Shown: positions 1 to 12,752, numbered from the stretch's first letter. The stretch: DNA of 64,000 nt from an uncultured candidatus Porisulfidus sp. (GCA_965204575.1 OZ241993.1:1632001-1696000); one strand, 5' to 3'. Numbers and translations are program-made. Notes: generated by a model from the letters alone, not told the origin.

Positions 1-364
1 CGGGCAGAGCGCCACCACCTTGTCAGGGGGGGAAGCCCAACGCATCAAACTGTCACGCGAATTGTCCAAGCGCGGGACCGGGAAGACTCTCTACATCCTG
101 GACGAACCGACCACCGGGCTGCATTTTCATGACATCAAGCTCCTGCTGCACGTCCTGCATCAATTGCGCGACCGCGGCAATACCGTGATCGTGATCGAGC
201 ACAATCTGGACGTCATCAAGACTGCCGACTGGATCATTGATCTCGGCCCGGAAGGCGGTCAAGCAGGCGGACGGATTGTCGCCGAAGGCCCACCGGAGAA
301 AGTTGCGCGCAACAAGCGGTCTTATACCGGACAGTTTCTGGCACCAGCGCTGGAACAGAGTTGA
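1..364 (+). CDS. uvrA: Excinuclease ABC subunit A, C-terminal fragment (gene begins before window)
   Basis: [56 protein letters not shown], the second ABC module of UvrA. Confidence 0.97.
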   Translation, partial: GQSATTLSGGEAQRIKLSRELSKRGTGKTLYILDEPTTGLHFHDIKLLLHVLHQLRDRGNTVIVIEHNLDVIKTADWIIDLGPEGGQAGGRIVAEGPPEKVARNKRSYTGQFLAPALEQS

Positions 365-374
365 AGAAAAATCC

Positions 375-798
375 TTAAACGCCTTTCCTCAAACGTAGCA
401 AAGCTTCGCGTGCGGTCACGATAGGAATGCCTTCAGCCTCGCCCAACGCAAGCATGCATATGTCTTTTGTCACCAGAGACGATAAGATCAGCATGCCCGG
501 CAATTGCCAGAGCCAAAATCGGGTTGTCTTTAGGGTCGGGAGACAAATCCACGTCTGGTGGTGAATCCATAATGAACGCGAACGTGTCGATGTTTTCGAC
601 AAGAGTCGCCGCATGGCTAATATCTACAAACTTTCGAATACGAGGACGGACAAGAACTTCAGACAGCTCAGCAATTTGAGCCTTTGATGTAACAAGTTCG
701 ATTCTGCCACGCATCCAGGCCTGATACAGCCGTTCCGGCGAGGTACCCTTAGTAATAAGGGCACTGACTAGGATGTTGGTATCAAGTACGAGCCGCAC
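375..798 (-). pseudogene. PIN-domain (VapC-like) toxin, frameshifted near the C-terminus
   Basis: VRLVLDTNILVSAL...DPKDNPILALAIAGHADLIVSGDK in ORF 433-822; the expected tail MLALGEAEGIPIVTAREAL is in another frame (ORF 375-614); GCATGCAT tandem duplication at 452-459. Confidence 0.8.
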
Positions 799-1042
799 GC
801 ACGGTATCCACTTCCTCGTCAATCAGATCGAGGATTTCCTGTTGATCGTGCGAACTATTGCGGTCTTTAATTTCACGGATGGTCAAGTCAAACACGTGGC
901 GACGTGCTGCCTCATCGACAAATCGAGACAGGTCTCCTTTCTTGCCGCCAATACGCATAAGATAGGAGCGAACTGCTCTGTCCGTCTTTTCAGAAATAGA
1001 TAGATTCCATCGAGTCATGTCTAAATTCTCGCGCGTAGCCAT
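782..1042 (-). CDS. Ribbon-helix-helix antitoxin, partner of the PIN toxin
   Basis: 86 aa, RWNLSISEKTDRAVR..KKGDLSRFVDEAA RHH pattern; overlaps the start of the PIN gene. Confidence 0.75.
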   Translation of the reverse strand: MATRENLDMTRWNLSISEKTDRAVRSYLMRIGGKKGDLSRFVDEAARRHVFDLTIREIKDRNSSHDQQEILDLIDEEVDTVRAART

Positions 1043-1118
1043 AGCGTCTACATGCAGACAAAATTATCGCACAGGTTGTGCGTTGAACTGAAACCGGAAA
1101 GCCGGGGTAGACAACCAT

Positions 1119-1400
1119 TCATGTTGCTCCGGGGTGCCAACGGCCAACCTTAATGGTGCCAGCGCTCTCCAGCGTACGGGCAAAGTCATAAGCCGCCTGC
1201 ATGCGGCACCAGATCCGCGCACTGCCACCAAAAACCTTGCTAATGCGAACGGCCATTTCCGGAGAAATGCCCGAACGACCATTCACGACTTTTGAGAGTT
1301 GCCCCCGGCTGACCCCTAAATGTGTCGCCGCTTCAGTGAGAGTCATGCCTATGGAATCAATGCACACCTGCCGGAATGCTAATCCCGGATGTTGAAGGTT
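1119..1400 (-). pseudogene. HigA-family HTH antitoxin, orphan and probably lacking its native start codon
   Basis: HPG motif upstream in frame (LNLQHPGLAFRQVCID), then MTLTEAATHLGVSRGQLSKVVNGRSGISPEMAVRISKVFGGSARIWCRMQAAYD; no ATG near the expected position and no higB upstream. Confidence 0.7.
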
Positions 1401-1448
1401 CAGGCAGTGCGTTAGGCGTAATCCGATACGCCCGAGAGCAGGTTTCGC

Positions 1449-1877
1449 TTATTCCGTAGTTTCAGCAGATTCTTCGACAGTTTCGGGAGCAGGCGCTTCT
1501 GCTTCCGTTTCCAGGCTAGCCTCCCGGTCTACCAACTCGACATAGGCCATCGGGGCGTTGTCGCCCGGTCGGTAGCCATTCTTGAGAACCCGCAGGTAGC
1601 CCCCCGGGCGATCCTTGTATTTCGGGCCCAATTCAGTGAACAATTTTCCAACGATCTGCCGATCGCGCAGTTTGTCGAACGCACGGCGACGACGAGCCAA
1701 CGTGTCCTCGCCGGCCAACGTGATCAGCGGCTCGACGACCCGGCGCAGTTCCTTGGCTTTCGGCAAAGTGGTATGGATCCCCTCGTGCTGCAGCAGCGAC
1801 ACCGCCATGTTGCGGAACATGGCGCGGCGGTGTGCCGAGGTTCGATTCAGGCGGCGGCCGGCCTTTCGGTGGCGCAT
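1449..1877 (-). CDS. rplQ: 50S ribosomal protein L17
   Basis: [24 protein letters not shown]; acidic C-terminal tail. Confidence 0.98.
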   Translation of the reverse strand: MRHRKAGRRLNRTSAHRRAMFRNMAVSLLQHEGIHTTLPKAKELRRVVEPLITLAGEDTLARRRRAFDKLRDRQIVGKLFTELGPKYKDRPGGYLRVLKNGYRPGDNAPMAYVELVDREASLETEAEAPAPETVEESAETTE

Positions 1878-1887
1878 GGCGGATTCC

Positions 1888-2883
1888 TCAGAACAGCGGC
1901 GTGCGTCCGCGCACCAGGTCGGCGGGAGGCCAGTTCTCGATCTTCATGGCCAGCGTGAGTTCGCGTGCCGCCAGGGCCTGCTTGATTTCCGCGACGGTCT
2001 TCACCCCGATATTCGGCGTCTGCTTCATCAGTTCGTCCTCGCCCTTCTGCACCAGGTCGCCCACGAAGAAGATGTTTTCCTGCTTGAGACTGTTGATCGA
2101 GCGGACTCCCAGCTCCAGTTCGTCGATCGGCAGTTTGAAGACTGGGTCGACCTCCGTCGTGTGAGCCGGAACCGGGCGCATCACCTCGCCTTCGAGGCCA
2201 ACCAGCACCGACAATTGCTCGCTCAGGATCACCGCAGCCATGCGAATGATTTCTTCTGGCTCGACAGTCCCGTTCGTCTCCAGATTCAGTACCAGCTTGT
2301 CCAGATCGGTGCGCTGCTCCACGCGGGTATTCTCCACGTGGTAGGCCACCCGTCGGATCGGGCTGAAACTCGCGTCCAGCAGCAGGGTGCCGATGGAATG
2401 TTCCTGGTCGTCGCGCCGGCGTGCCGGAACCGGGACGTACCCGCGACCCCGTTCGATCTTCAGCCGCATATCCAGCGAACCGGCTTCGGTCAGGTGCGCA
2501 ATTACGTGATCCGGGTTTGCGATCTCGATGTCATGGCCGATCTCGATGTCGCCCGCGCACACGACCCCCGGGCCGCTCTTCTGCAGGTGCAGTTCGGCCT
2601 TGACCCGTTCATGCATGCGAATGGCGACGCCCTTGAGGTTGAGCAGGATGTCGACCACGTCCTCCTGCACCCCGTCGAGCGTGTCGTATTCGTGCTTCAC
2701 GCCCTCAATCTCGACCTCGGTGATGGCCGAGCCCGGGATGGACGACAGCAAGACCCGGCGCAACGCGTTCCCGAGCGTGTGCCCGAACCCCCGCTCCATC
2801 GGCTCCAACACCACCCGTGCCTCGCGGCCGGCCGTGTACTTGGCTTCCACCACGCGGGGCACCATCAGTTCGCTGCTCAGCAT
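1888..2883 (-). CDS. rpoA: RNA polymerase alpha subunit
   Basis: [23 protein letters not shown]; alpha-[13 protein letters not shown]. Confidence 0.98.
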   Translation of the reverse strand: MLSSELMVPRVVEAKYTAGREARVVLEPMERGFGHTLGNALRRVLLSSIPGSAITEVEIEGVKHEYDTLDGVQEDVVDILLNLKGVAIRMHERVKAELHLQKSGPGVVCAGDIEIGHDIEIANPDHVIAHLTEAGSLDMRLKIERGRGYVPVPARRRDDQEHSIGTLLLDASFSPIRRVAYHVENTRVEQRTDLDKLVLNLETNGTVEPEEIIRMAAVILSEQLSVLVGLEGEVMRPVPAHTTEVDPVFKLPIDELELGVRSINSLKQENIFFVGDLVQKGEDELMKQTPNIGVKTVAEIKQALAARELTLAMKIENWPPADLVRGRTPLF

Positions 2884-2903
2884 TCTTCCAGTCCTCTTCA
2901 GGA

Positions 2904-3533
2904 TTATTTCGAATAGAACTCAACGACTAGAGACTCGTTGACTTCCCTGTAAATCTCTTCACGCGCCGGAGGTTGCTTGAAGGTCCCTTCGAGCTTGTCG
3001 AAATCGACGTCCACCCAGTCCGGCAGGCCCTGCTGCTTGGCGATGCCGATCGCGTCCCTGATCCGCACCTGCTCCCGCATCTTCTCGCGCACGGCGACCA
3101 CGTCGCCGGCCTCGACCGAATACGACGGAATGTTGACTATCTTGCCGTTCACCTCAATGCCCTTGTGCGAGACGATCTGGCGGCATTCCGCCCGGGTCGT
3201 GCCGAAGCCCATTCGGTACACCACGTTGTCCAGCCGGCACTCCAGCAGGCGCATCAGGTTGTCCCCGGTCGAACCCTTGGCCTGCGAGGCTTTCTTGTAG
3301 TAGTTGCGGAACTGCCGCTCAAGCACGCCGTACAGGCGGCGCAGTTTCTGCTTCTCGCGCAATTGCAGGCCGTAGTCGGAAATCCGCCCGCGCCGGCCTC
3401 CGCGTCCACCCTTGCTGCCCGGCGGCACGTCGAGCTTGCACTTTTTGTCCAGTTCGCGCACCGGCGACTTGAGCTCCAGGTTGGTGCCCTCGCGTCGCAT
3501 GAGCTTGCATCGGGGTCCGAGGTATCGTGCCAT
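2904..3533 (-). CDS. rpsD: 30S ribosomal protein S4
   Basis: [16 protein letters not shown]; [18 protein letters not shown]. Confidence 0.98.
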   Translation of the reverse strand: MARYLGPRCKLMRREGTNLELKSPVRELDKKCKLDVPPGSKGGRGGRRGRISDYGLQLREKQKLRRLYGVLERQFRNYYKKASQAKGSTGDNLMRLLECRLDNVVYRMGFGTTRAECRQIVSHKGIEVNGKIVNIPSYSVEAGDVVAVREKMREQVRIRDAIGIAKQQGLPDWVDVDFDKLEGTFKQPPAREEIYREVNESLVVEFYSK

Positions 3534-3543
3534 GACCCTGCCC

Positions 3544-3945
3544 TCAGACGCGGCGCCGCTTCGGCGGGCGGCAGCCGTTATGCGGAACCGGGGTGATGTC
3601 CCGGATGTTGGTGATTCGGAAACCGCTTGCGTTCAATGCCCGCATGGCCGACTCGCGGCCCGGTCCCGGCCCGCGCACCCGGACTTCCAGGTTGCGAATC
3701 CCGAACTCCAGGGCTTCCTTGCCGACCCGCGAAGCCGCGACCTGAGCGGCAAACGGAGTACTCTTGCGGGAACCCTTGAAGCCGGACCCCCCGGAGGTCG
3801 CCCAGCACAGGGTGTTGCCTTGCAGGTCGGTGATGGTCACGATCGTGTTGTTGAACGAGGCGCGGATGTGCGCGATCCCGTCGGTCAATGTCCGGCGAAC
3901 CTTCTTGCGCGCCCGGGTGGAGGTCTTGGATTTAGGAGCAGCCAT
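3544..3945 (-). CDS. rpsK: 30S ribosomal protein S11
   Basis: [16 protein letters not shown]; [11 protein letters not shown]; [13 protein letters not shown]. Confidence 0.98.
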   Translation of the reverse strand: MAAPKSKTSTRARKKVRRTLTDGIAHIRASFNNTIVTITDLQGNTLCWATSGGSGFKGSRKSTPFAAQVAASRVGKEALEFGIRNLEVRVRGPGPGRESAMRALNASGFRITNIRDITPVPHNGCRPPKRRRV

Positions 3946-3948
3946 GGA

Positions 3949-4305
3949 TTACTTGCGGATGGGGCGACGCGGCCCTTTTCGGGTGCGTGCGTTGGTTCGG
4001 GTTCGTTGGCCGCGCAGCGGCAGGCTGCGCCGATGGCGCACCCCCCGGTAGCAGCCGAGGTCCATCAGGCGCTTGATACTCATGGCGGTCTCGCGGCGCA
4101 GGTCGCCCTCGATGGTGTACTTTCCGACCGCCTCGCGCAGCGTGCCCAACTCCCCCTCGCTGAGGCTGCCCAACTTCTCCGCCGGATTCACCGAGCAGGC
4201 TGTGCAAATCGCCACCGCCCGGCTGCGTCCGATGCCAAAAATGGACTGCAACGCGATCACCGTATGCTTGTGATCGGGGAGGTTGACGCCTGCAATTCGT
4301 GCCAT
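3949..4305 (-). CDS. rpsM: 30S ribosomal protein S13
   Basis: [10 protein letters not shown]; [15 protein letters not shown]. Confidence 0.98.
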   Translation of the reverse strand: MARIAGVNLPDHKHTVIALQSIFGIGRSRAVAICTACSVNPAEKLGSLSEGELGTLREAVGKYTIEGDLRRETAMSIKRLMDLGCYRGVRHRRSLPLRGQRTRTNARTRKGPRRPIRK

Positions 4306-4343
4306 GATTTTTCGTGCGCGTAAAAAGGGTATATTTTACCGTA

Positions 4344-4457
4344 TCAACCCTGCCGTTGCTTGTGGCGGGGAATCCTGCAAATCACGCGCACCACGCCGTT
4401 GCGGCGCACGATCTTGCAGTGACGGCAGATTCGTTTGACGGAAGCCTGGACTTTCAT
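4344..4457 (-). CDS. rpmJ: 50S ribosomal protein L36 (zinc-binding C+ form; absent from ORF track)
   Basis: Manual translation [37 protein letters not shown], between secY and rpsM. Confidence 0.97.
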   Translation of the reverse strand: MKVQASVKRICRHCKIVRRNGVVRVICRIPRHKQRQG

Positions 4458-4469
4458 GGGGTCCTCCTC

Positions 4470-5780
4470 TTATCGCAGGAGGCTGCGGGAGCGCATGCCC
4501 CGCGCCTCGGCTTTCTTCAGCAGCCCTTCGTACTGGTGCGACATCAGGTGCGTCTGCAGCTGGGCAATGAAATCCATCACCACCACCACGATGATCAGCA
4601 GCGAAGTCCCGCCGAAATAAAACGGAACGCTCAGGCCTAGGATCAGGAACTCGGGCAGCAAGCACACGAACACGATGTACATCGCGCCGACCGCGGTCAG
4701 GCGGGTCATCACGGTGTCGATGTAGCGGGCCGTCTGCGCGCCCGGGCGGATGCCCGGGATGAATGCGCCGGAGCGCTTCAGGTTGTCCGCGGTGTCCTTG
4801 GAATCGTACACCAGCGCGGTATAGAAGAAACAGAAGAACGCGATGGCGACCGCATAGAACAGCACGTACAGCGGCTGCCCCGGCCCCAAGGTAGCCGACA
4901 GGTCGCGCAACCAGCCCATGCCTTCGGCCGTGCCGGCCCATTGCCCGAACGTGGCCGGGAACAGGATGATGCTGGAGGCGAAGATCGGCGGGATGACGCC
5001 GGCCATGTTGAGCTTGAACGGCAGGTGCGTCGACTGCATGGCGACATGCCGGCCCTGCTGCTGTCGGGCATAGTTGACCGTGATGCGGCGCTGCCCGCGT
5101 TCGATGAACACGACGAACGCGGTGATGGCCAGAACCAGGGCAAACAGGAGCACCACCAGCGCGGACGACAGTTCGCCGGTGCTGGCCAGCTCCAGGGTGC
5201 CACCGACTGCGGTCGGCAGACCGGCGACGATGCTGGTGAAGATGATCAGCGAGATTCCGTTGCCGATGCCGCGCTCCGTGATCTGCTCGCCGAGCCACAT
5301 CAGGAACATGGTCCCCGTCACCAAGGTGATGATGGCGGTGACCGCGAAGCCGTAGCCGGTGTAAAGCGCGATGCCCTGGCTTTGCAGCGCCACCGACACG
5401 CCGCCGGCCTGGAACGTGGCCAGGGCCAGGGTGCCGTAACGCGTGTACTGGGTGATCTGCCGCCGCCCCTGCTCCCCTTCCTTGCGCAATTCCTTGAGGC
5501 TCGGGATCACGGCGGTCATCAACTGCATGATGATCGCGGACGAGATGTACGGCATGATGCCCAGCGCCAGGATGCTGAGGCGCTCCAGCGCACCGCCCGA
5601 GAACATGTTGAACAAGTCGATGATGGTGCCGCTTTGCTGTTCGAAGAAGCGGGCCAGCGCACTGGGGTCCACGCCCGGCACCGGAATGTAGGTCCCGATG
5701 CGATAGACGATCAACGCGCCCACCACGAACAGGAGGCGTTGGCGCAACTCGGAGAACGGCGAGGCTTTGGGAGGCGCCAC
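4470..5780 (-). CDS. secY: Preprotein translocase subunit SecY
   Basis: [16 protein letters not shown]; [17 protein letters not shown]; IPGIRPG; FGGTSLLI. Confidence 0.98.
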   Translation of the reverse strand: MAPPKASPFSELRQRLLFVVGALIVYRIGTYIPVPGVDPSALARFFEQQSGTIIDLFNMFSGGALERLSILALGIMPYISSAIIMQLMTAVIPSLKELRKEGEQGRRQITQYTRYGTLALATFQAGGVSVALQSQGIALYTGYGFAVTAIITLVTGTMFLMWLGEQITERGIGNGISLIIFTSIVAGLPTAVGGTLELASTGELSSALVVLLFALVLAITAFVVFIERGQRRITVNYARQQQGRHVAMQSTHLPFKLNMAGVIPPIFASSIILFPATFGQWAGTAEGMGWLRDLSATLGPGQPLYVLFYAVAIAFFCFFYTALVYDSKDTADNLKRSGAFIPGIRPGAQTARYIDTVMTRLTAVGAMYIVFVCLLPEFLILGLSVPFYFGGTSLLIIVVVVMDFIAQLQTHLMSHQYEGLLKKAEARGMRSRSLLR

Positions 5781-5783
5781 GGT

Positions 5784-6215
5784 TTACTCCTGGATCTCTC
5801 CGCCAGCCGCTTCGATGGCTGCGCGCGCACCGCGGGTCACCGCAATCCCCTGCACGGCGTACGCCCGGGTCAATTCGCCGCGCAGCATGATCTTCGCGCG
5901 CACCGCGTGGCCCGGCACCAGCCCGGCGCTGCGCAGGGAGTCCAGCGTCACGGTCGGTTCGTCCAGGCTCTCCAGGCGACCGGTACCCACCTCGGCGCAC
6001 AGCGGCCGATGCGAGCGGAAGCCGGATTTGGGCAGGCGGCGCTGCAGGGGCATCTGGCCGCCCTCGAAGCCGGTCTTGTGATAGCCTCCGGAGCGCGACT
6101 TCTGGCCCTTGTGGCCCCGTCCCGCGGTCTTGCCGGTCCCGCTGCCGATGCCGCGCCCCACGCGCTTGCGCGGGCGGCGGCTGCCGGACGGCGGCGTCAG
6201 GGTGTTGAGGCGCAT
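5784..6215 (-). CDS. rplO: 50S ribosomal protein L15
   Basis: [24 protein letters not shown]; [14 protein letters not shown]. Confidence 0.98.
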   Translation of the reverse strand: MRLNTLTPPSGSRRPRKRVGRGIGSGTGKTAGRGHKGQKSRSGGYHKTGFEGGQMPLQRRLPKSGFRSHRPLCAEVGTGRLESLDEPTVTLDSLRSAGLVPGHAVRAKIMLRGELTRAYAVQGIAVTRGARAAIEAAGGEIQE

Positions 6216-6397
6216 CAGTTCTCCTCCACTTCGAGCAGGTAGTCGACCTTGCGCACCATGCCGCGATTCTGCGGCGTATCCTGCACCTCGACAGTCTGGT
6301 GCAGGCGACGCAGGCCCAGGCCGCGCACGCAGGCCCGGTGATCCGGCAAGCGGCCGATCAGGCTCTTCACCAGAGTGACCTTCAGGCTTTTTGCCAT
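6215..6397 (-). CDS. rpmD: 50S ribosomal protein L30
   Basis: [24 protein letters not shown]; start trimmed to ATG at 6397. Confidence 0.96.
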   Translation of the reverse strand: MAKSLKVTLVKSLIGRLPDHRACVRGLGLRRLHQTVEVQDTPQNRGMVRKVDYLLEVEEN

Positions 6398-6912
6398 TGC
6401 ATGCGCTCCTTCATTTCGGCCGCCGACTTGCCGAGTTTCTCGGCCACCTGTTCCGGCGACTGGATGGACTGCAACCCCTTGAGGGTGGCGTAGACGGTGT
6501 TGATCGGATTGCGCGAGCCGATGCACTTGGCCAGCACGTTGTGCACGCCGAGCACCTCGAAGACGGCGCGCATCGGTCCGCCGGCGATGATCCCGGTACC
6601 TTCGGAGGCGGGTTGCATGTAGACCCGCGCCGCGCCGTGCGTGCCGGTGACCGGATAGTACAGGGTGCCATCGCGAAGCGGCACCGTGATCATGGACCGT
6701 CGCGCCTTCTCCATGCTCTTCTGGATGGCCAGCGGCACCTCGCGCGCCTTGCCGTAACCGACTCCGACGCGGCCGTTGCGGTCGCCGACCACGGTCAGCG
6801 CGGTAAAGCCGAACTGCCGGCCGCCCTTGACGACCTTGGCCACGCGGTTGACCGCGACCATTTTCTCGACCAGCTCTTCGCTGCCTTGCAGAACTTCAAG
6901 ATTCGTCGCCAT
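6382..6912 (-). CDS. rpsE: 30S ribosomal protein S5
   Basis: [24 protein letters not shown]; start trimmed to ATG at 6912. Confidence 0.97.
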   Translation of the reverse strand: MATNLEVLQGSEELVEKMVAVNRVAKVVKGGRQFGFTALTVVGDRNGRVGVGYGKAREVPLAIQKSMEKARRSMITVPLRDGTLYYPVTGTHGAARVYMQPASEGTGIIAGGPMRAVFEVLGVHNVLAKCIGSRNPINTVYATLKGLQSIQSPEQVAEKLGKSAAEMKERMQWQKA

Positions 6913-6922
6913 TCTTATCTCC

Positions 6923-7279
6923 TCAGAACTTGAGCCCCGCTTCCCGCGCGGCTTCCGCCAGCGCGCGCACGCGGCCGTGATAGCGGAATCGTCCGCGGTC
7001 GAACCAGACCTCTTCCACCTTCGCCTTGAGCGCCCGTTCCGCCACCATGCGCCCAACCTGCCCGGCCGCTTCGCAGTTGCCGGTGGTTTTGAGCTTTTTG
7101 CGCAACTCCGGGCTCAGGGTCGATGCCTGGACAATCACCTGGGAACCGTCCGGGCTGAGCACCTGGGCATACACGTGCCGCTCCGTGCGGTGCACGGTCA
7201 TCCGGTGCCGGCTGGAATCCTCCAGCCGGGTGCGAACCCGGCGCATCCGCCGGCCGCGAACCTGGTCGAGACGGCTCAT
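6923..7279 (-). CDS. rplR: 50S ribosomal protein L18
   Basis: [26 protein letters not shown]. Confidence 0.97.
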   Translation of the reverse strand: MSRLDQVRGRRMRRVRTRLEDSSRHRMTVHRTERHVYAQVLSPDGSQVIVQASTLSPELRKKLKTTGNCEAAGQVGRMVAERALKAKVEEVWFDRGRFRYHGRVRALAEAAREAGLKF

Positions 7280-7800
7280 TTCTTCTTCGCCTCCTTTCGC
7301 AGCACCCGCTCGTCGCTGTAGCGCACGCCCTTGCCCTTGTACGGTTCCGGCGGCCGGTAGGCGCGAATTTCCGCTGCCACCTGGCCGACCTTCTGCTTGT
7401 CGATCCCAGACACCACCACTTCGGTCTGGCTGGGAGTCTGCAGAGTCACGCCCTCGGGCGGGGTGTAATTGATCTGGTGCGAAAAGCCGAGATTCAGGTT
7501 CAGGGCCTTGCCGCGCATCTGCGCCCGGTAGCCGACACCGACCAGTTCCAGCTTCTTCGAATAGCCTTCCTGGACGCCCTTGATGTTGTTCGTCAACAGG
7601 GAATTCATCGTCCCCGCCAGTGCAGACGCTTGCGGAGGCGCATCGAAGTACACCACGCGGTCTTCTTCGCGCACGCGGACTGGATCCGCCAACTGCAGCG
7701 AAAGTTCCCCTTTCGGCCCCTTGACCGTCACCTGCTGGCCGGCCATGGAAAACTCGACCTTGTCCGGCAGTGGAATGGGGCGACTGGCAATACGCGACAT
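7276..7800 (-). CDS. rplF: 50S ribosomal protein L6
   Basis: MSRIASRPI; [13 protein letters not shown]. Confidence 0.98.
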   Translation of the reverse strand: MSRIASRPIPLPDKVEFSMAGQQVTVKGPKGELSLQLADPVRVREEDRVVYFDAPPQASALAGTMNSLLTNNIKGVQEGYSKKLELVGVGYRAQMRGKALNLNLGFSHQINYTPPEGVTLQTPSQTEVVVSGIDKQKVGQVAAEIRAYRPPEPYKGKGVRYSDERVLRKEAKKK

Positions 7801-7803
7801 CGT

Positions 7804-8199
7804 TTACTCCACGGTGCAGAGGATCTCGCCGCCATGTCCACCCTTTCGGGCCTCATGGTCGGTCATGACGCCGTGCGAAGTCGACACCACCGCGATGCCG
7901 AGCCCTCCCCGGATCCACGGCAAATCGCGCGCGCCGCGATAGATCCTCAAGCCCGGGCGGCTGACTCGGCGCAGACGGTTGATCACCGGCTTTTCTTCGT
8001 GGTACTTCAAAGTGATCCGAAGGCGATTGCAGGGCTGACCCTCCTCGACCTCGTAACCGGTGAGGTAGCCCTCGTCGCGCAGCACCCGGACGACCGACTC
8101 GCGGTGCTTCGAATATCCCATTTCCACCGTCTCATGCCGAGCCTGTTGGGCATTACGGATGCGGGTCAGCATATCGGCGATCGGATCTTGCATGCTCAT
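7804..8199 (-). CDS. rpsH: 30S ribosomal protein S8
   Basis: [17 protein letters not shown]; SRPGLRIY. Confidence 0.98.
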   Translation of the reverse strand: MSMQDPIADMLTRIRNAQQARHETVEMGYSKHRESVVRVLRDEGYLTGYEVEEGQPCNRLRITLKYHEEKPVINRLRRVSRPGLRIYRGARDLPWIRGGLGIAVVSTSHGVMTDHEARKGGHGGEILCTVE

Positions 8200-8209
8200 G
8201 GCCTTGTCC

Positions 8210-8515
8210 TCACCAGCTGGCCTTGGTCAGGCCCGGGATGTCGCCGCGCATGGCGGCCTCGCGAAGCTTGTTGCGCCCCAGGCCAAAGCGGCGGTAATAG
8301 CCCCGTGGCCGACCGGTAATGCTGCACCGGTTGCGCAGGCGGATCGGCGAGGAGTCCCGCGGCATCTTCTGCAGCGTCTCCTGGGCGGCCAGACGCTGCT
8401 CCAGCGTGCTGTTCGGGTCCTTGATAATGGCACGCGCGGCAGCGCGACGCTTGGCATAGCTTCGCACCAAGCGCTGGCGCCGGCGGTCTCTCTGAATCAT
8501 GCTGACTTTGGCCAT
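8210..8515 (-). CDS. rpsN: 30S ribosomal protein S14 (long, zinc-independent form)
   Basis: 101 aa; [23 protein letters not shown]; GLTKASW. Confidence 0.98.
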   Translation of the reverse strand: MAKVSMIQRDRRRQRLVRSYAKRRAAARAIIKDPNSTLEQRLAAQETLQKMPRDSSPIRLRNRCSITGRPRGYYRRFGLGRNKLREAAMRGDIPGLTKASW

Positions 8516-8518
8516 GCT

Positions 8519-9058
8519 TCAACTCCGCAGGGGAAATTTGAACGCGCGCAGCAGTGCCTCGGCCTGGGCGTCGTCGCGCGCATTGGTGGTAATGGTCACG
8601 TCCAGTCCCCGCATCTGGTCGATCGTGTCGTAGTCGATCTCGGGGAAGACGATCTGCTCGGGGATGCCCATGCTGTAATTGCCGCGCCCGTCGAAGGAAC
8701 GCACCGGCAACCCGCGAAAATCACGCATCCGGGGGATCACGATGTTGATCAGCCGGTCCAGGAACTCGTACATCAGGGTCCGGCGCAGCGTAACCCGGCA
8801 ACCGACCGGCCAGCCGTCCCGGATGGAGAATCCGGCCACCGACTTGCGCGCCCGGGTCACCACCGGCGTCTGACTGGTGATGCGCTTCAGGTCGTCCAAC
8901 GCGTTCTGGATGGTTTTCTTGTCGCGCGCACTCGCGCCCAATCCCATGTTCAGGGTGATCTTCTCGATCCGGGGAACGGCCATCGGGCTGTTCACCCCGA
9001 GCGCTTCCTGCAACTGGGGGCGAATCTCTTCCAGGTATTGCTGCTTCAGACGGGCCAT
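8519..9058 (-). CDS. rplE: 50S ribosomal protein L5
   Basis: [20 protein letters not shown]; PRMRDFRG; start trimmed to ATG at 9058. Confidence 0.97.
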   Translation of the reverse strand: MARLKQQYLEEIRPQLQEALGVNSPMAVPRIEKITLNMGLGASARDKKTIQNALDDLKRITSQTPVVTRARKSVAGFSIRDGWPVGCRVTLRRTLMYEFLDRLINIVIPRMRDFRGLPVRSFDGRGNYSMGIPEQIVFPEIDYDTIDQMRGLDVTITTNARDDAQAEALLRAFKFPLRS

Positions 9059-9065
9059 GGCAACC

Positions 9066-9383
9066 TCAGATGTCGATGACTTCATCGTTGGACTTGAAGA
9101 AGCGGACCTTGCGTCCGTCTTCCAAGCTGCGGAAACCGACCCGGTCCGGGCGCTGGGTGGTCGGGTTGTAGATCTGCACGTTGGAGAGGTCCAGCGGCGC
9201 TTCGCGCTCGACAATGCCGCCCTGCCGGCCGGCCTGCGGGTTCGGCTTGGTGTGCCGCTTCACCAGGTTCAGGCCTTCCACCACGACCCGGTTGCCCTGC
9301 AGCATGCGCAGGACCGTGCCCTGCCGGCCACGATCCTTGCCGACCATGACCACGACCGTGTCGCCTTTGCGGATCCTGTTCAT
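9066..9383 (-). CDS. rplX: 50S ribosomal protein L24
   Basis: [20 protein letters not shown] motif. Confidence 0.98.
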   Translation of the reverse strand: MNRIRKGDTVVVMVGKDRGRQGTVLRMLQGNRVVVEGLNLVKRHTKPNPQAGRQGGIVEREAPLDLSNVQIYNPTTQRPDRVGFRSLEDGRKVRFFKSNDEVIDI

Positions 9384-9389
9384 GATTCC

Positions 9390-9758
9390 TCACAGCACCT
9401 CCGGCGCCAGTGAAATGATCTTCATGAATCTCTCCGAGCGCAGTTCCCGGGTGACCGGACCGAACACGCGGGTGCCGATCGGCTGCATCTGGTTGTTCAG
9501 CAGCACGGCGGCATTGCGGTCGAAGCGAATCGACGAACCGTCGCCGCGCCGGACGCCGTGCGCCGTGCGCACCACCACCGCGTTCAGCACTTCACCCTTG
9601 CGCACCTTGCCGCGCGGGATCGCATCCTTGACGCTGACCTTGATCACGTCGCCGATCCGCGCATAGCGCCGGCGGGACCCGCCCAGCACCTTGATGCACT
9701 GCACCTTGCGCGCGCCGCTGTTGTCGGCCGCATCCAGCATGGTCTCGACCTGGATCAC
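9390..9758 (-). CDS. rplN: 50S ribosomal protein L14
   Basis: (M)[16 protein letters not shown]; [10 protein letters not shown]; GTG start at 9758. Confidence 0.98.
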   Translation of the reverse strand: MIQVETMLDAADNSGARKVQCIKVLGGSRRRYARIGDVIKVSVKDAIPRGKVRKGEVLNAVVVRTAHGVRRGDGSSIRFDRNAAVLLNNQMQPIGTRVFGPVTRELRSERFMKIISLAPEVL

Positions 9759-10018
9759 GAGCTCCCCTCCGTCGCCGCCTTGAGAACCTCGACCAATTCC
9801 CAGGCCTTGTGCTTGGAGTGCGGGCGGCACTCGCGAATCCGCACGCGGTCGCCGATGTGCGCCTGGTTCTCCTCGTCGTGCACCAGGACCTTGGTCGACC
9901 GGCGAATGTACTTGCCGTACAGGGGATGGCGGAGCTGACGCACCACCTCGACCGACGCCGTCTTGTCCATGCGGTCGCTGACCACCTGGCCGATCACGGA
10001 GCGGATCTTCTCGCTCAT
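9755..10018 (-). CDS. rpsQ: 30S ribosomal protein S17
   Basis: [11 protein letters not shown]; [13 protein letters not shown]. Confidence 0.97.
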   Translation of the reverse strand: MSEKIRSVIGQVVSDRMDKTASVEVVRQLRHPLYGKYIRRSTKVLVHDEENQAHIGDRVRIRECRPHSKHKAWELVEVLKAATEGSS

Positions 10019-10215
10019 TGGTTCTCTCCCTGACGACGTTCCGTCATCAATGTCTTGATCCGGGCAATGTCGCGACGCGCCTCCCGGAAGGCGTGGTTGC
10101 GCGCCAACTGCCCGATGCGCACTTGCATCCGCATCTCGAACTCGCTGCGCCGAAGGCGCAGCAGTTCGGCACGCAGTTCCGCGTCATCTTTCGCGCGCAG
10201 GGCCTGCATGTCCAT
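10015..10215 (-). CDS. rpmC: 50S ribosomal protein L29
   Basis: RRDIARIKT; position in S10 operon. Confidence 0.95.
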   Translation of the reverse strand: MDMQALRAKDDAELRAELLRLRRSEFEMRMQVRIGQLARNHAFREARRDIARIKTLMTERRQGENQ

Positions 10216-10628
10216 CAGGCCAACGTCCGGTGCGCGAAGGTGGTCTGGACCGGCAGCTTGGCGGCAGCACGACGAAACGCCTCGCGCGCCAGGTCCTCCT
10301 GGACGCCTTCGATTTCATAAAGCATGCGGCCCGGCTGGATCTTGGCGACCCAGTACTCGACGTTGCCCTTGCCCTTGCCCTGACGCGACTCCAGCGGCTT
10401 CTTGGTCACCGGAACATCCGGGAACACCCGGATCCAGATCTTGCCGCCGCGCCGGATGTGACGGGTCATGGCCCGCCGGGCCGCCTCGATCTGGCGAGCA
10501 GTCAGGCGCCCTCCCGTGGTCGCCTTCAGACCGTACTCGCCGAAGCTGACCTTGTGCCCGCGCTGCGACAGGCCCCGGTTGCGGCCTTTCTGCTGCTTGC
10601 GGTAGCGGGTGCGCTTGGGTTGCATCAT
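10215..10628 (-). CDS. rplP: 50S ribosomal protein L16
   Basis: [15 protein letters not shown]; KIWIRVFPD. Confidence 0.98.
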   Translation of the reverse strand: MMQPKRTRYRKQQKGRNRGLSQRGHKVSFGEYGLKATTGGRLTARQIEAARRAMTRHIRRGGKIWIRVFPDVPVTKKPLESRQGKGKGNVEYWVAKIQPGRMLYEIEGVQEDLAREAFRRAAAKLPVQTTFAHRTLA

Positions 10629-10642
10629 GGCGGCGGTCTCCG

Positions 10643-11302
10643 TTACTTGCCGAGCGGTCCGTCCGGCCCGCCGATCTCGCCGTTGAAGATCCAGGCCTTG
10701 ACGCCGATAATGCCGTAGGTGGTCCGCGCCTCGGCGAATCCGTAATCAATGTCCGCGCGCAGGGTATGCAGCGGAACCCGGCCTTCGCGGCACCATTCGC
10801 TGCGCGCGATCTCGGCGCCGTTGAGACGTCCGGCCACGTTCAGCTTGATTCCCTGGACGCCGAGCCGCATGGCGTTCTGCACGGCCCGCTTCATGGCGCG
10901 CCGGTACATGATGCGCCCTTCCAACTGCTGGGCGACACTCTCGGCCACCAGGTGGGCGTCCACTTCCGGGTTGTGGATTTCATCGATGTTGATCTTGACC
11001 GTGCCGAGAGCCAGGCCCATCATCTGCGCGACTTCGCGGCGCAGGATCTCGATGTCGTTGCCCTTCTTGCCGATCACGATTCCGGGGCGGGCCGTATGGA
11101 TGGTGATCTCGGCCGTGTCGTTGCGCCGCTCGATCCGGATACGGCTGACCGAAGCCTGCGACAGCTTGTGGCGCAGGAAATCGCGGACCATCAGGTCATT
11201 GTTGAGCTGGTCGCGGTATTCGGTGCCCTCCGCGTACCAGTTCGAGTTCCAGTCGGTCATGATGCCGAGGCGGAATCCGATCGGATTGACTTTCTGTCCC
11301 AT
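10643..11302 (-). CDS. rpsC: 30S ribosomal protein S3
   Basis: [13 protein letters not shown]; [14 protein letters not shown]; start trimmed to ATG at 11302. Confidence 0.98.
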   Translation of the reverse strand: MGQKVNPIGFRLGIMTDWNSNWYAEGTEYRDQLNNDLMVRDFLRHKLSQASVSRIRIERRNDTAEITIHTARPGIVIGKKGNDIEILRREVAQMMGLALGTVKINIDEIHNPEVDAHLVAESVAQQLEGRIMYRRAMKRAVQNAMRLGVQGIKLNVAGRLNGAEIARSEWCREGRVPLHTLRADIDYGFAEARTTYGIIGVKAWIFNGEIGGPDGPLGK

Positions 11303-11304
11303 GC

Positions 11305-11646
11305 TTACTCCTCCGCGTCGCTCAGCACGACCGTGATGTGGCTGGTGCGCTTCAGGATCCTTCCGACCCGGCCCCGGGCGCGCGGGCGGAAACGCTTGAA
11401 CACCGGCCCTTCGTCGACCGTTACGCGGCTCACCCGCAGCAGGTCGATGTCCGCGCCGTGATTGTGCTCCGCGTTGGCCAGCGCCGACTCCATGGTCTTG
11501 CGCATCAACTGCGCCGCCTTGTGCGGCGAGAAGCGCAGGATTTCCAGGGCTTCCCCAACCGGCAGGCTGCGCACCTGGTTGGCCACCAGCCGGCACTTGC
11601 GTGGGCTGATGCGCTGGTAGCGGGAGACGCAACGCGTTTCCATCAT
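11305..11646 (-). CDS. rplV: 50S ribosomal protein L22
   Basis: [10 protein letters not shown]; [15 protein letters not shown]. Confidence 0.98.
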   Translation of the reverse strand: MMETRCVSRYQRISPRKCRLVANQVRSLPVGEALEILRFSPHKAAQLMRKTMESALANAEHNHGADIDLLRVSRVTVDEGPVFKRFRPRARGRVGRILKRTSHITVVLSDAEE

Positions 11647-11918
11647 GCTTTCGCCTTGCGGTCGCCCGCATGTTGCCGGAACGTGCGCGTCAGCGCGAAT
11701 TCTCCGAGCTTGTGTCCCACCATGTTCTCGTTGACCAGCACCGGGACATGCCGGCGGCCGTCGTGCACGGCCAGCGTCAGTCCGACCATCTCCGGCACGA
11801 TCATGGAACGCCGCGACCAGGTCTTGATCTGGCGGCGGTCGTTGTTCTCGACGGCCTCGCGCACCTTGGCCATCAGGTGATGGTCGACGAACGGGCCTTT
11901 CTTCAGTGAACGTGACAT
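11643..11918 (-). CDS. rpsS: 30S ribosomal protein S19
   Basis: [12 protein letters not shown]; [11 protein letters not shown]. Confidence 0.98.
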   Translation of the reverse strand: MSRSLKKGPFVDHHLMAKVREAVENNDRRQIKTWSRRSMIVPEMVGLTLAVHDGRRHVPVLVNENMVGHKLGEFALTRTFRQHAGDRKAKA

Positions 11919-11922
11919 GGCA

Positions 11923-12752
<830 letters not shown>

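Noticed and set aside
1415-1432. Hairpin after rplQ as an intrinsic terminator
   Set aside because: Only a 6-bp stem with no U-tract
1888-2120. Divergent alpha-CTD of RpoA (one-residue insertion, GVKT)
   Set aside because: Key DNA-contact Arg/Asn/Gly/Lys positions appear retained; ordinary divergence
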